Assembly (NCBI GenBank): GCA_963771355.1
Contig: CAVYTA010000006.1
Span: 1,504,001-1,568,000, forward strand
Reading direction: 5' to 3'
DNA from: an uncultured Candidatus Rokubacteria bacterium
GTDB lineage: Bacteria; Methylomirabilota; Methylomirabilia; Rokubacteriales; CSP1-6
Length of the DNA: 64,000 nucleotides
Shown here one piece after another: positions 17,929 through 27,500 of the stretch (position 1 is its first letter; every line of letters begins with the position of its first letter). The translations under genes were made by a program, and so were the position numbers. The notes beneath the pieces are model-generated. The model was given only the letters and a program-made list of their open reading frames with translations, had not been told where the DNA came from and searched no databases.

Positions 17929-18726
17929 TCAGAACCAGCGGGGATCGCCCGGCAGGACGGGCACGGGCTTGCCATCCACCCGGATGATGCGGGGCCGAAT
18001 CGTGGGCACTTCACGGCGACCCAACCCCGCCACCGCCTCGGGCGCGCTCGGATATGCCGCCACCAGCTCCAGGTTCTTGAGGGTCGGCGTGCGCAGCGTG
18101 ATCTCGTTCCGTTGGAGCGCGTCCATCGCCTCCTTCGGAGACAGCCAGCGCAGGTTGACGATCTCGTGACCGTCCACCTCGGGCTGCTGCCCCACCGGCG
18201 CCATGGCGGCAAAGAACCGCGTGTCGAAACGCAGGGGTTGCTCCTCCGGCGTGATCCAGTGGGCGAAGTACGCGAGCTGGTCGGTGGCGAGGGTGAGGTG
18301 CTCGGCGCGCAGCATGTCGAAGAAGGCGGTATTCGACTCCTGGCAGTCGGCCCGGTAGCCGGCGAAGCGCTCGCGGTCGGCCTCGGCGATGCGCAGCGGC
18401 GCCCCGGTGGGATCATAGGCGAGGAGCACGCCGACCTCCTCGAAGGCCTCGCGGATGGCGCCGATCCAGTAACCCAGGGCCTCACGCGGCCCGAGCCCCC
18501 CGCCCAGCCGGCCGGCCGCCCTGGCCGCGGTGAGGCCGGCGCACAGGCGCTCGCCATCGAGGGGGACGTCATCCTGCTCGACCTTGCCCCCCGCGAACAC
18601 GTAGTCGCCGGCGGCGAACTTGCTCTTCGAGTGACGCTGGATGAGGAGGGTCTCGAGCCCGCCGGCGGGACGGTCCCGGAGCAGCACGAGGGTGGCGGCG
18701 GGGGACGGGATGGCGGGCTCGGGCAT
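17929..18726 (-). CDS. NUDIX hydrolase (NUDT19-like)
   Basis: AATLVLLRD, YVFAGGKVE, AIREAFEEVG, HWITP...RFDTRFF. Confidence 0.9.
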   Translation of the reverse strand: MPEPAIPSPAATLVLLRDRPAGGLETLLIQRHSKSKFAAGDYVFAGGKVEQDDVPLDGERLCAGLTAARAAGRLGGGLGPREALGYWIGAIREAFEEVGVLLAYDPTGAPLRIAEADRERFAGYRADCQESNTAFFDMLRAEHLTLATDQLAYFAHWITPEEQPLRFDTRFFAAMAPVGQQPEVDGHEIVNLRWLSPKEAMDALQRNEITLRTPTLKNLELVAAYPSAPEAVAGLGRREVPTIRPRIIRVDGKPVPVLPGDPRWF

Positions 18727-18821
18727 GGGCGGCGCCGGTCGGCGCGTCGTGATTGTGACATGACTTACTTGACTCGCCGTAGGAATCCTGCCAGGGTATA
18801 CGCAGATTTGGGGGGAACGAC

Positions 18822-19112
18822 ATGAACGATCCGATGGCGGATCTCCGGAGACACCCGAGGTCCAAGGTGGCCTGGCCGGTGATCGTGGAGGCGGGGGGGC
18901 GCAGGTTCGAGCGTCACACCGTCAACCTCAGCCCCATCGGAGCCAAGGTGCGGCTCGAGGAAGAGTTGCCGGTGGGCAGCAATGCCCGCCTGCGCTTCCG
19001 GCCGCCTCAGGGTCAGCCGCTCGACGTGGACGCCGTCGTGTGGCGGTCCGACTCCGACGGGCCCGCGTTCTTCTTCGTGAGCGTCGATGACGCCGCGATG
19101 AGCCATGGCTGA
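18822..19112 (+). CDS. single-domain PilZ protein
   Basis: RRHPR and NLSPIG c-di-GMP-binding motifs. Confidence 0.85.
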   Translation: MNDPMADLRRHPRSKVAWPVIVEAGGRRFERHTVNLSPIGAKVRLEEELPVGSNARLRFRPPQGQPLDVDAVVWRSDSDGPAFFFVSVDDAAMSHG

Positions 19113-19210
19113 TCTCGCCGGGCGGCCCCGCGGCCGCTCTCCGCTCCGCCCGTAGCCGCACTCCCCCTCGTCCCCGGCACCCGCACGGCACCCCCGCACA
19201 AGGAGGCACC

Positions 19211-19672
19211 ATGGGCGCGGAAGCACGGATCAAGGAGCTGGGTATCACCCTGCCGCCCCCGCCGAAGCCGGCGGGCAACTACGTCCCCGGCGTGCGCGTC
19301 GGCAACCTGCTCTTCCTGTCCGGACACGGCCCCCTCCACGTGGAGGGCAAGACCCGGCCCCAGGGCAAGGTCGGGCGCGAGATCTCGCCGGAAGAGGGCT
19401 ACAAGATCGCGCGCGAGATCGGTATCAACCTCCTCGGCTCCACCCGCTCGCTGCTCGGAAGCCTCGACAAGGTGAAGCGCGTGGTGAAGGTGCTGGGCAT
19501 GGTGAACTCCGCCGACGGCTTCGGCGAGCAGCCCAAGGTGATCAACGGGTTCTCCGACCTGATGGTCGAGGTGTTCGGCGACAGCGGCCGCCATGCCCGC
19601 TCCGCGGTGGGGATGGGGGAGCTGCCCTTCGGCATCCCCGTCGAGATCGAGATGGTCCTGGAGGTCGAGTAG
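19211..19672 (+). CDS. RidA/YjgF family protein
   Basis: PAGNYVP, LFLSGHGP, VINGFSDL, GRHARSAVG..LP...PVEIE; RBS AAGGAGG. Confidence 0.93.
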   Translation: MGAEARIKELGITLPPPPKPAGNYVPGVRVGNLLFLSGHGPLHVEGKTRPQGKVGREISPEEGYKIAREIGINLLGSTRSLLGSLDKVKRVVKVLGMVNSADGFGEQPKVINGFSDLMVEVFGDSGRHARSAVGMGELPFGIPVEIEMVLEVE

Positions 19673-19676
19673 CGGG

Positions 19677-20444
19677 TCAGCCCGCGCCGAGGAGCTCGGG
19701 CACGGTCTCGAGCGCCTCGGCGATGCGCGGGCCGTACCAGGTCAGCAGCTTGCCGTCCACGAGGTGGATCCGCCCCTCGCGCACCGCGGGGACGTCGGGA
19801 TAGGCCTCGAAGTCCCGGGCGTGCACGCGGCGGAACCGATACGGCTCGTCGGGCAGCAGGATCACCTCCGGCGCCGCCCGCGCCACGTCCTCCAGCGTGA
19901 TCGTCGGGTAGCGCGAGCCGTGGTCGGCGAACACGTTGTCACCCCCGCAATCCGCCAGCATGTGATGCGCGTAGGTGTCACGGCTCAGCGTCATCCACGG
20001 CTTGCGCCAGATGGGGTAGAACACGCGCGGAGCCCGACGGCCGGCCAGCCGCGCGCGCGTCTCGCGGTGCCGCGCCTCGAGCGCATCGGCGAGCGCGTGA
20101 CCGCGCGCCTCCGCGCCCACCACCTCCCCCAGCTCGCGCACGAGCGCGATGCCCTCGGTGACGGTCCGCGGGTAGCTGACGTGGACCATGATGCCCCAGC
20201 CCCGAAGGGTCTCCACGTGCTCGCGCAGGTTCTCCTCGACGTTGGCGAGGACGAGGTCGGCGCCGAGCTCACGGATGAGCTCGAGGTTGGGGTTCTTCTC
20301 GCCGCCGACGCGCGTCGTGCGCGCCACGCCCTCGGGGGGCTGGGTGCAGAAGATGGTGCAGCCGGCCACCGCGTCGCCGACGCCCAGCGTGAAGAGGATC
20401 TCGGTGAGGCTGGGCACGAGCGAGACGATACGGCGGGGTGCCAC
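19677..20444 (-). CDS. helical-backbone metal receptor (BtuF-like), no signal peptide
   Basis: RIVSLVPSLTEILF, VGGEKNP, ANVEEN, LPDEPYRF, WYGPR; GTG overlaps the upstream TAG. Confidence 0.87.
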   Translation of the reverse strand: MAPRRIVSLVPSLTEILFTLGVGDAVAGCTIFCTQPPEGVARTTRVGGEKNPNLELIRELGADLVLANVEENLREHVETLRGWGIMVHVSYPRTVTEGIALVRELGEVVGAEARGHALADALEARHRETRARLAGRRAPRVFYPIWRKPWMTLSRDTYAHHMLADCGGDNVFADHGSRYPTITLEDVARAAPEVILLPDEPYRFRRVHARDFEAYPDVPAVREGRIHLVDGKLLTWYGPRIAEALETVPELLGAG

Positions 20445-20626
20445 TAGAGCTTGGCCGCGCGCTCCGAGAGGCGCTCGATCAGCGCGATGAGGTCCTTGAG
20501 GTGGGTGCGGAGCTCGGCCTCCGCCTTGCGCGCGGCATCGCCGGAGCCGCTTCCGACCGCCTCCTCGAAGGCCGTCACCGCCACGCCGAAGAGCTTGAGA
20601 GTCTGGCGCGTGCCGTCGTCCGCCAT
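20444..20626 (-). CDS. small helical hypothetical protein
   Basis: 60 aa MADDGTRQTLKLFGVAVTAFEE...; -10-like TATGCT upstream; coupled to the next gene. Confidence 0.7.
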   Translation of the reverse strand: MADDGTRQTLKLFGVAVTAFEEAVGSGSGDAARKAEAELRTHLKDLIALIERLSERAAKL

Positions 20627-20712
20627 CGCGGAAAGCATACCACGCGCTCGACGCCCGGGTATGGCCGCACAATCGCCCTCGGGCCCCCGAAGCCCCGAGG
20701 TAGACTTGCGCC

Positions 20713-21876
20713 ATGCGGAAGCGCTCGATGGCGATCGCGACCGGCCGCATGGCGGTCACGGGTCCTGCCGCCGCCGCCGACCGCCTCGCCCTCCATCGGG
20801 CCGCGCTCTGGACCCTCCTCGCCGCCAAGCTCGTGACCGGTTGGGGCGTGCAGTGGGATATCCAGTGGCACGTCCTCATCGGCCGGGATACCTTCTGGAT
20901 CGCCCCGCATGTCATGACCTATCTGGGCGTCACCCTGGCCGGGCTCATCTCCTTCGGCCTGCTCGCCGGGGACACCCTGCGCGGCGGACCGCCCGCGGGC
21001 GCCCTCCGGATCGCCGGGCTCGTCAGCACGCGCGGTGTCCACCTCGCCGCCTGGGGCATGGCGCTCACCGTGCTCGCGGCGCCCATCGACGATCTCTGGC
21101 ATCGCCTCTTCGGGCTGGACGTCACGCTGTGGAGCCCCCCGCACCTCCTCGGCATCGCGGGCGGCATCGTCAATAGCTGGGGCATCCTCCTCATGGCCGG
21201 CGAGCTCTATCCCGCCGGACCCTGGCGGCTCGCCGCGCTCCTTCTCGGGAGCGCCTCGCTCTACCGCGGCCTCCACCTCACCGTGGACCCCGCGACCCTC
21301 ACCGCCTATAGCCGGGGCGGCATCTTCTTCTTCGCCTGGGCAATCCTCTCCGCTCTGGTGCTGCCCGCCGCGCTCATCCCCATCGCGCGGCTGGTGGGGC
21401 GCTGGGCGCCCCTGGCGGTGTTGTTCGTCGTGATCATCACCGGCATGATCGGCCTGGAAATCGCGCGGATCGGCTTCCAGACCCTGCAGCCCGTCTCGGT
21501 CATCGAGGAGGAAATCGCGCGCGAGCCCGACTCGCCCATCGCGCTCGCCACCGCCATCGCGCGGAAGAACGGCCACGGGCCGGGACAGGTGGGCGGCCTC
21601 CTCTACCTCGTGAGCGCGCTGCCCATCTTCCTCTTCTGCATGGTGGACGCGCGCCGGCGGCCCATTACCGCCACCCTCATCTATGCGGCGACGCTCTGCC
21701 TCACCACCGCGTGGGCGCTCGGGCATACGCCCGCGTTCGCGCCGCTGGTCCCCGGCGGAGCCGTCGCCGCGATGGCCCTGGTCCTCGCGCTGGGGGCCGG
21801 CCTCGCGGGAGGCTCCCTCGCCCTGAGGCTCGCCGACGCCCTCGCGCCCGCTGCCGCCGACCCCGCGCCCCGCTAG
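20713..21876 (+). CDS. multi-pass membrane protein with duplicated D-x3-H-x12/13-H motif
   Basis: WDIQWHVLIGRDTFWIAPH and IDDLWHRLFGLDVTLWSPPH; about 10 TM segments. Confidence 0.8.
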   Translation: MRKRSMAIATGRMAVTGPAAAADRLALHRAALWTLLAAKLVTGWGVQWDIQWHVLIGRDTFWIAPHVMTYLGVTLAGLISFGLLAGDTLRGGPPAGALRIAGLVSTRGVHLAAWGMALTVLAAPIDDLWHRLFGLDVTLWSPPHLLGIAGGIVNSWGILLMAGELYPAGPWRLAALLLGSASLYRGLHLTVDPATLTAYSRGGIFFFAWAILSALVLPAALIPIARLVGRWAPLAVLFVVIITGMIGLEIARIGFQTLQPVSVIEEEIAREPDSPIALATAIARKNGHGPGQVGGLLYLVSALPIFLFCMVDARRRPITATLIYAATLCLTTAWALGHTPAFAPLVPGGAVAAMALVLALGAGLAGGSLALRLADALAPAAADPAPR

Positions 21877-21877
21877 C

Positions 21878-22939
21878 ATGGACGACCGCGACACCGAGCC
21901 CGTCCGCGGTGACGAGGTCCTCGACGCGCGAGCGCTCGATGCGTATCTCCGGCCGCGGCTCCCCGACGTGATGGGCGAGCTCGAGATCGAGCAATTCCCC
22001 GGCGGCCACTCGAACCTGACCTATCTGCTCCGCTGGAGCGATCACGAGTACGTCCTGCGCCGCCCGCCGCTGGGTCCGCTCGTGCCCAGGGCCCATGACA
22101 TGGGGCGCGAGCACCGGGTGCTCGAGGCGCTGTGGCCCGTGTTCCCGCCCGCGCCGCGCCCCTGGCACCTCTGCGAGGACCCGGACGTGATCGGCGCGCC
22201 CTTCTACGTGATGGAGCGGCGGCGCGGCGTGGTGGTGCGCCGCGCGCTGCCACCGCAGTGGGCGGCGGACGAGCAGGCGCGCCGGGCGCTGGGCGAGACC
22301 GTGGTGGACACCATGGTGGCGCTGCACGCGGTGGATTTCGTCGGCGCCGGCCTCGGAGCGCTGGGCCGTCCGGAGGGGTTCATGGCCCGTCAGGTGCGGG
22401 GCTGGGCCGAGCGCTGGAAGGGCGCCCGTGATCGGGACGTGCCCGCCATCGAGACCCTCGCCGCCTGGCTCGCCGCGCGCGTCCCCGCCCCGCCCGCGCC
22501 CACCCTCGTCCACGGCGATCTCAAGCTCGACAATCTCATGGTGGCCGCGGATGACCCGCGGCGCGTGGTGGCGGTGCTCGACTGGGAGATGTGCACGACG
22601 GGGGACCCGCTCGCCGATCTCGGCACCCTCCTCGGCTACTGGACCTCCGAGGGCGATCCCTATGCCCGTGCCGAGCACGGCGGCTACGTGAGCGAGCAGC
22701 TCGGCTTCCCCACCCGCGACGAGATCGTTGCGCGCTACGCGGCGCGGAGCGGCCGCGACGTGTCGCGCATCGCCTTCTACGAGGTGTTCGCGCGCTACAA
22801 GACGGCGGTGGTGGTCCAGCAGATCTACATCCGCTGGAAGCGCGGTCAGACCCGCGACGCCCGCTTCGGGCAGATGGCGCCGCGGGTCGAAGCCCTCGCG
22901 CACTCCGCGCTCGCGCTCGCCGAGCGCTCCGGCCTCTAG
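21878..22939 (+). CDS. phosphotransferase family protein (APH/ACAD10-11 N-terminal-like)
   Basis: QFPGGHSNLTY, VLRRPP, AHDMGRE, LVHGDLKLDN, VLDWEM..GDPLADL. Confidence 0.93.
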   Translation: MDDRDTEPVRGDEVLDARALDAYLRPRLPDVMGELEIEQFPGGHSNLTYLLRWSDHEYVLRRPPLGPLVPRAHDMGREHRVLEALWPVFPPAPRPWHLCEDPDVIGAPFYVMERRRGVVVRRALPPQWAADEQARRALGETVVDTMVALHAVDFVGAGLGALGRPEGFMARQVRGWAERWKGARDRDVPAIETLAAWLAARVPAPPAPTLVHGDLKLDNLMVAADDPRRVVAVLDWEMCTTGDPLADLGTLLGYWTSEGDPYARAEHGGYVSEQLGFPTRDEIVARYAARSGRDVSRIAFYEVFARYKTAVVVQQIYIRWKRGQTRDARFGQMAPRVEALAHSALALAERSGL

Positions 22940-22940
22940 G

Positions 22941-23675
22941 TTAGCGGACGGGGCCGCGGAGTCCGGCGCCCCGGAGCGCGGCTTCGCGTCGAAGCAGCTG
23001 GCGGATACTCAGGGCGTGCAGCGCCCATGCGAACGGCACCAGAAAAGCGGGCAGCCAGATCCATGGGAGGTAGGCGATGAAGGTCACCGGGGGCTGGGTC
23101 ATGAAGACCCGGAACGGGGTGGGCGCCGACAGCTGGGCATGCACCACCACGTTGAGCAGGATGAGGATCCCCGCCACGTTCCACCACACCGCCGCGCGGA
23201 ACGACCAGGCGCGCCGACCGAAGCACTGCCACGCGATGAGCGGCGCGGTGAGCCCCACCACGATGTCCACGTTGCGCCCCTCGAAGGTCATGATGGCGGG
23301 AATGGCGCCCACCACGAAGAGCTGCCAGAGAATGAGCTCCATCACGATGCGGAAGGCCTGGGGGTAGACCAGCCAGCCGGGGGGAACCTCGTCGAGCAGG
23401 CGCCCGACCGCCGCCGAGCGGCACAGCCAGAGGATGGCGAGTAGCGGCGGCACGAACGCGAGCACGATGCGCGGGGGAATGCGGGCGAAGTCCTCGAAGA
23501 GACCGGCGGCCGCGAGCACCGCGGTCACGCCCAGCCAGCCATCCACCGCCAGCGACGCGACCGCCGCCGCGCCCCCGCCGCGCCGGAGCGCCACCGCCAC
23601 CAACAGCAGCGTCGCCACGCCCAGCACCAAGGCAATGAAGGCGACGGTCAGCCAGACGGGGACGGGGGCGGGCAC
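22941..23675 (-). CDS. hypothetical multi-pass membrane protein
   Basis: About 7 TM segments; QAFR..E, TFEGRNVD, WNVAG, WLPAFLVP...H. Confidence 0.82.
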   Translation of the reverse strand: MPAPVPVWLTVAFIALVLGVATLLLVAVALRRGGGAAAVASLAVDGWLGVTAVLAAAGLFEDFARIPPRIVLAFVPPLLAILWLCRSAAVGRLLDEVPPGWLVYPQAFRIVMELILWQLFVVGAIPAIMTFEGRNVDIVVGLTAPLIAWQCFGRRAWSFRAAVWWNVAGILILLNVVVHAQLSAPTPFRVFMTQPPVTFIAYLPWIWLPAFLVPFAWALHALSIRQLLRREAALRGAGLRGPVR

Positions 23676-23685
23676 GCGGGGAGCC

Positions 23686-24549
23686 TCAGCGGGCGAGCGC
23701 GTCCATCAGGTCACGGGACAGCGTGCCCGTGTACACCTCCTCCACCGGACCCTGGAGGCGGATGGACCAGTCCGGGCGCACGTCGATCTGGAGCGTGCCG
23801 CCGGGCATGCGCACCGTGACCCGGCCGTGATCGCAGTGCCCGTTCTTCACCGCCGCGCAGGCCACCGCGCTGGACGACGAGCCCGAGGCCAGCGTCCAGC
23901 CCGCCCCTCGCTCCCAGATGAGGATGTCCACCTGGTCGCGCGAGACGACGCGCGCGAACTGGACATTGGTGCGGTTGGGAAAGGCGGGATGATGCTCGAT
24001 GAGGGGGCCGAGCCGGCGTACCAGGGCCTCGTCCAGCCGGTCGGTGAAGACCACGCAGTGCGGGTTGCCCACCGACACCGCGGTGACGATCAGGGTGCGG
24101 TCCGCGACCTGCAGCGGCACCTTCACCACCTCGCGCTCGGGCCCGTTCATGGGGATCTCGGGCGCGACGAAGGTGCAGCGGCCCATCTCCACCGTGACCT
24201 CGTTCACCCGCCCGTCCTTCACGTGGCACTGGCATTCCACGCGCCCGCCCATGGTATCCACCGTGAAGGTGGGCCGGCGCGCGTGGCCGTGGTCGTGGAG
24301 GTACTTGGCGAAGATACGGAGGCCGTTCCCCGATTTCTCCGCCTCGCTCCCGTCCGGATTGAAGATGCGCAGGCCGAAGTCCGCGCCGGCCCACGCGGGC
24401 ACCAGGAGCAGGATGCCGTCGGATCCCACGCCCCAGTTCCGGTCGCAGATCTTCTCGATCTGGGGGGGCGTGAGCGCCGCCGGCAGATCGGCGCCGTTGA
24501 TGACGATGTAGTCGTTGCCGAGTCCGTGGCCCTTCGCGAACGGGATCAT
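23686..24549 (-). CDS. dapF: diaminopimelate epimerase family protein (catalytic Cys pair replaced by Ser)
   Basis: FAKGHGLGNDY, GVGSDG, IFNPDGSEAEKSGNG, VGNPHCV, WERGAGWTLASGSS. Confidence 0.9.
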   Translation of the reverse strand: MIPFAKGHGLGNDYIVINGADLPAALTPPQIEKICDRNWGVGSDGILLLVPAWAGADFGLRIFNPDGSEAEKSGNGLRIFAKYLHDHGHARRPTFTVDTMGGRVECQCHVKDGRVNEVTVEMGRCTFVAPEIPMNGPEREVVKVPLQVADRTLIVTAVSVGNPHCVVFTDRLDEALVRRLGPLIEHHPAFPNRTNVQFARVVSRDQVDILIWERGAGWTLASGSSSSAVACAAVKNGHCDHGRVTVRMPGGTLQIDVRPDWSIRLQGPVEEVYTGTLSRDLMDALAR

Positions 24550-24571
24550 GTGGGCTCCATGGTGGGGGTGT

Positions 24572-25354
24572 TCAGGGGCGCCGCAGCCGGTCCATGAGAC
24601 GTTCGCGCAACGGGCGCACGTCGGATGGCAGCCGGTGCCGCCACCGGGCGGCGAAGCGGGTAAGGGCGGCCCGGCGCTCGGCGAGGTCCTGGGCGGGCGG
24701 GCGCGGGGCTCCCTGCCCGGTGCGGGTGCCGCCGCCCCGGTGAAGGAAAGGCGCGCGCACCACCACGCAACGTTGCCCGGCCTCCCGCACCGCGAACGAC
24801 AGCTCGCGGTCGTAGCCGTGGAAGAAGCCGTAGCCCTCGTCGAAGCCGCCGACCTGCGCGAGCAGGGCACGGCGGAGGAAGAGGCACACGCCGTCCACCG
24901 CCGCCACCTCGGTGACGGGCGCGGGCGGCGGCGGCGCGCCCTCCAGGCTCGACACGATGGTGCGCCCCACGTACCGTCCGTCGCCGCGGAGACGCCGCGC
25001 GCCGTAGAGACCGGCCAGCCCCACGCCGTCGCCGTCCACCACCGCGTCGCGGAGCCGCGCTAGCCACTCCCCATCGCGGAGCTCGGTGTCGTTGTGGAGG
25101 AAGCAGAGGAACTCGCCGCCGGCGAGCCGCGCTCCCGCGTTGAGCGCGCGGATGAGGCCCACGTTCTCCGCGCTCCGCTCGTAGCGCAGCGGGTAGGCCA
25201 GGGGGAAGCGGCGGAAATACGCCTCGGTCCCGTCGCTGGAGGCGTTGTCCACCACGCAGAGCTCGAAGGGGACGGTGGTGGCGCGGAGGCTCTCGAGGCA
25301 GGCGCGGGTGAGCGAGAGCTGGTTGTACACCACCAACACGACACTCAGGAGCAC
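24572..25354 (-). CDS. glycosyltransferase family 2
   Basis: SVVLVVYN, VVDNASSDGT, FLHND, VGGFDEGY. Confidence 0.9.
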   Translation of the reverse strand: MLLSVVLVVYNQLSLTRACLESLRATTVPFELCVVDNASSDGTEAYFRRFPLAYPLRYERSAENVGLIRALNAGARLAGGEFLCFLHNDTELRDGEWLARLRDAVVDGDGVGLAGLYGARRLRGDGRYVGRTIVSSLEGAPPPPAPVTEVAAVDGVCLFLRRALLAQVGGFDEGYGFFHGYDRELSFAVREAGQRCVVVRAPFLHRGGGTRTGQGAPRPPAQDLAERRAALTRFAARWRHRLPSDVRPLRERLMDRLRRP

Positions 25355-25399
25355 GGCGGTGCCTCCGTGCCCGGCCGCGCCGGGGGCGGCGTCCCGCCC

Positions 25400-26554
25400 C
25401 TACCGGTTCGCCAGCGGGACGTACTTCAGGTCGAGGGCGCCGGTGTACTCGCCCCGCGGCCGGATCAGCCGGTTGTTCCCGTGCTGCTCGAGCACGTGGG
25501 CGGCCCAGCCCGCCACGCGGCTCATGGCGAAGATGGGCGTGAACTGGTCGGTGGGGATCCCCATGGAGGCGTAGGCGGCGCCGGAGAAGAGATCGACGTT
25601 GGGGAAGATGTGCTTCTCGGCGGACACCACGCGCGCGACCGTCTCCAGGATCTCCAGCTTGGCGGTGCTGCCGGCCTGGCGGCCCAGCTCCAGCGCGAGC
25701 CGGCGGAGATGCTTGGCCCGCGGGTCCTCCACACGGTAAACGCGGTGGCCGAAGCCCATGATCCGCATCTTGTCCGCGATGGCCTTGCGGATCCAGGCCT
25801 CCGCCTTGGCGGGATCCTTGATCTTCTCGACCATGAGCATCACCTGCTCGTTGGCGCCGCCGTGCAGCGGCCCCTTCAACGCGCCGATGCCGGACACCAC
25901 CGCGGAGTGGACGTCGGACAGCGTGGCGGCGGTGACGCGGGCGGCGAAGGTGGAGGCGTTGAACTCGTGGTCGGCGTGGAGGATGAGGGCGACGTCGAAG
26001 GTCTTGGTGGCCAGCTCGGTGGGCTTCTTTCCGCTCAGCATGTAGAGGAAGTTGGCGGCCAGCGAGAGCTTCGGGTTCGGGGCCACCGCGGCCTTGCCGC
26101 GTCGGATGCGCTCCCACGCCGCCACCAGGGTCGGAATCTGCGCCACCAATCGCATGGATTTCCTCAACGTCGCGTCGTGCGAGTTGTCGGCGGCGTCGGG
26201 ATCGAAGGCGGACAGGGCGGAGACGCCGGTGCGCAGCACCTCCATCGGGGTGGTCTTCTTCGGGAGCTGGCGGAGCATGGCGAGCAGCTTGGGGGGAAGC
26301 CGGCGATTCGCGGTGGCGGACAGCGTCTTGAGGTTCGCCTCCAGCTCCTTGCGATTCGGCAGCCGGCCGTGGAAGAGCAGGAACACCGTCTCCTCGAAGT
26401 TCGAGTGCGCCACCAGATCGTCCACGTCATAGCCGCGGTAGACCAGCCGGCCCTTGTGTCCGTCGATGAAGCAGATCTCCGTCGTGGAGACGACGACGTC
26501 CTCGAGCCCGGCCTTCATGGGCGGTGCTCCCGCTGCGGCTCCGGCGTTTGTCAT
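25400..26554 (-). CDS. gltA: citrate synthase (short, Gram-positive/archaeal type)
   Basis: GLEDVV, LHADHEFNASTF, GPLHGGAN, MGFGHRVY, PNVD; own ATG and RBS at 26554. Confidence 0.95.
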   Translation of the reverse strand: MTNAGAAAGAPPMKAGLEDVVVSTTEICFIDGHKGRLVYRGYDVDDLVAHSNFEETVFLLFHGRLPNRKELEANLKTLSATANRRLPPKLLAMLRQLPKKTTPMEVLRTGVSALSAFDPDAADNSHDATLRKSMRLVAQIPTLVAAWERIRRGKAAVAPNPKLSLAANFLYMLSGKKPTELATKTFDVALILHADHEFNASTFAARVTAATLSDVHSAVVSGIGALKGPLHGGANEQVMLMVEKIKDPAKAEAWIRKAIADKMRIMGFGHRVYRVEDPRAKHLRRLALELGRQAGSTAKLEILETVARVVSAEKHIFPNVDLFSGAAYASMGIPTDQFTPIFAMSRVAGWAAHVLEQHGNNRLIRPRGEYTGALDLKYVPLANR

Positions 26555-26671
26555 GGCTCCCTCGGCACTCCTTTGGACGGTGAATGGGGCGGATCGAAAC
26601 CGCCTTCTTGTACCATAGGGTAGGAAGCACTTCAACCCTGCCCCGGGCCCGTGGGCGGGTAGAGTAATGCG

Positions 26672-27500
26672 GTGACCGAGCTCGACCCCGGCGTCATCGA
26701 TTTCTACGACCGCCATCCCATCAGCGCGCCCCAGGTGCTCGACGCGCTTCGTCGCCAGGGCAAGGTTGGGGGCCGCCTGGCGCCCGACGACCTCTACGCG
26801 CTCGACCAGGACCACTACGGCGGCCTCGCGGCAGTGGAGGCCCTCGCGCGCCGCGCCGGCATCGGACCCGGCCGGCGCGTCCTCGACGTGTGCGCGGGGC
26901 TCGCCGGTCCCGCGCGATTCCTCGCCGCCCGCTTCGGCGCGCGCGTCACCGCCCTGGATCTCAATGCGGGGCGGTGCGCGGGCGGCGCGCGGCTGAGCCG
27001 GCTGGTGGGGCTCGAGACCCAGGTGCGGCCCGTCCGCGGCGACGCGCAGGCCCTGCCCTTTCGCGACGGTGCCTTCGACGCCGCCATCAGTCAGGAGGGC
27101 CTGCTCCACATCCCTGACAAGGGGGCGGTGCTGGGCGAGTGCGCGCGCGTGCTGGCCCCCGCGGGTCGCCTGGCCTTCAGCGACTGGATCGCGACCTCCC
27201 GGCTGGGCGACGGCGAGCGGCGGCGGCTCACCGTCTGGATGGCGGCGGTGAACGTCCAGAGCATCACGGGGTATGGCGCGCTCCTCGCGCGCGCCGGCTT
27301 CGCGGGAATCGAGGCGGAAGATCTTTCCGGGGAGTGGATCGGCATCCTGCGCGAGCGCTTCGCCATGTACCGTCGCCTGCGCGCCGACACGGTGGCGCGA
27401 CTGGGAGAGGCCCGCTACGAGGAGTACTGTCAGCTCTACGGCTTCTTCGTGGGGCTGGTGGAGGCGGGCAAGCTGGGCGGCGCGCGCTTCAGCGCGAGAG
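26672..27500 (+). CDS. class I SAM-dependent methyltransferase (3' end approximate; no stop at expected position)
   Basis: DQDHYGG, VLDVCAGLAGPAR, GDAQALPF, RVLAPAG; family-like sequence ends at GGARFSAR near 27500. Confidence 0.8.

Noticed and set aside
20713..21876. Bona fide methane/ammonia monooxygenase
   Set aside because: No A or B subunit genes; only a motif-level resemblance.
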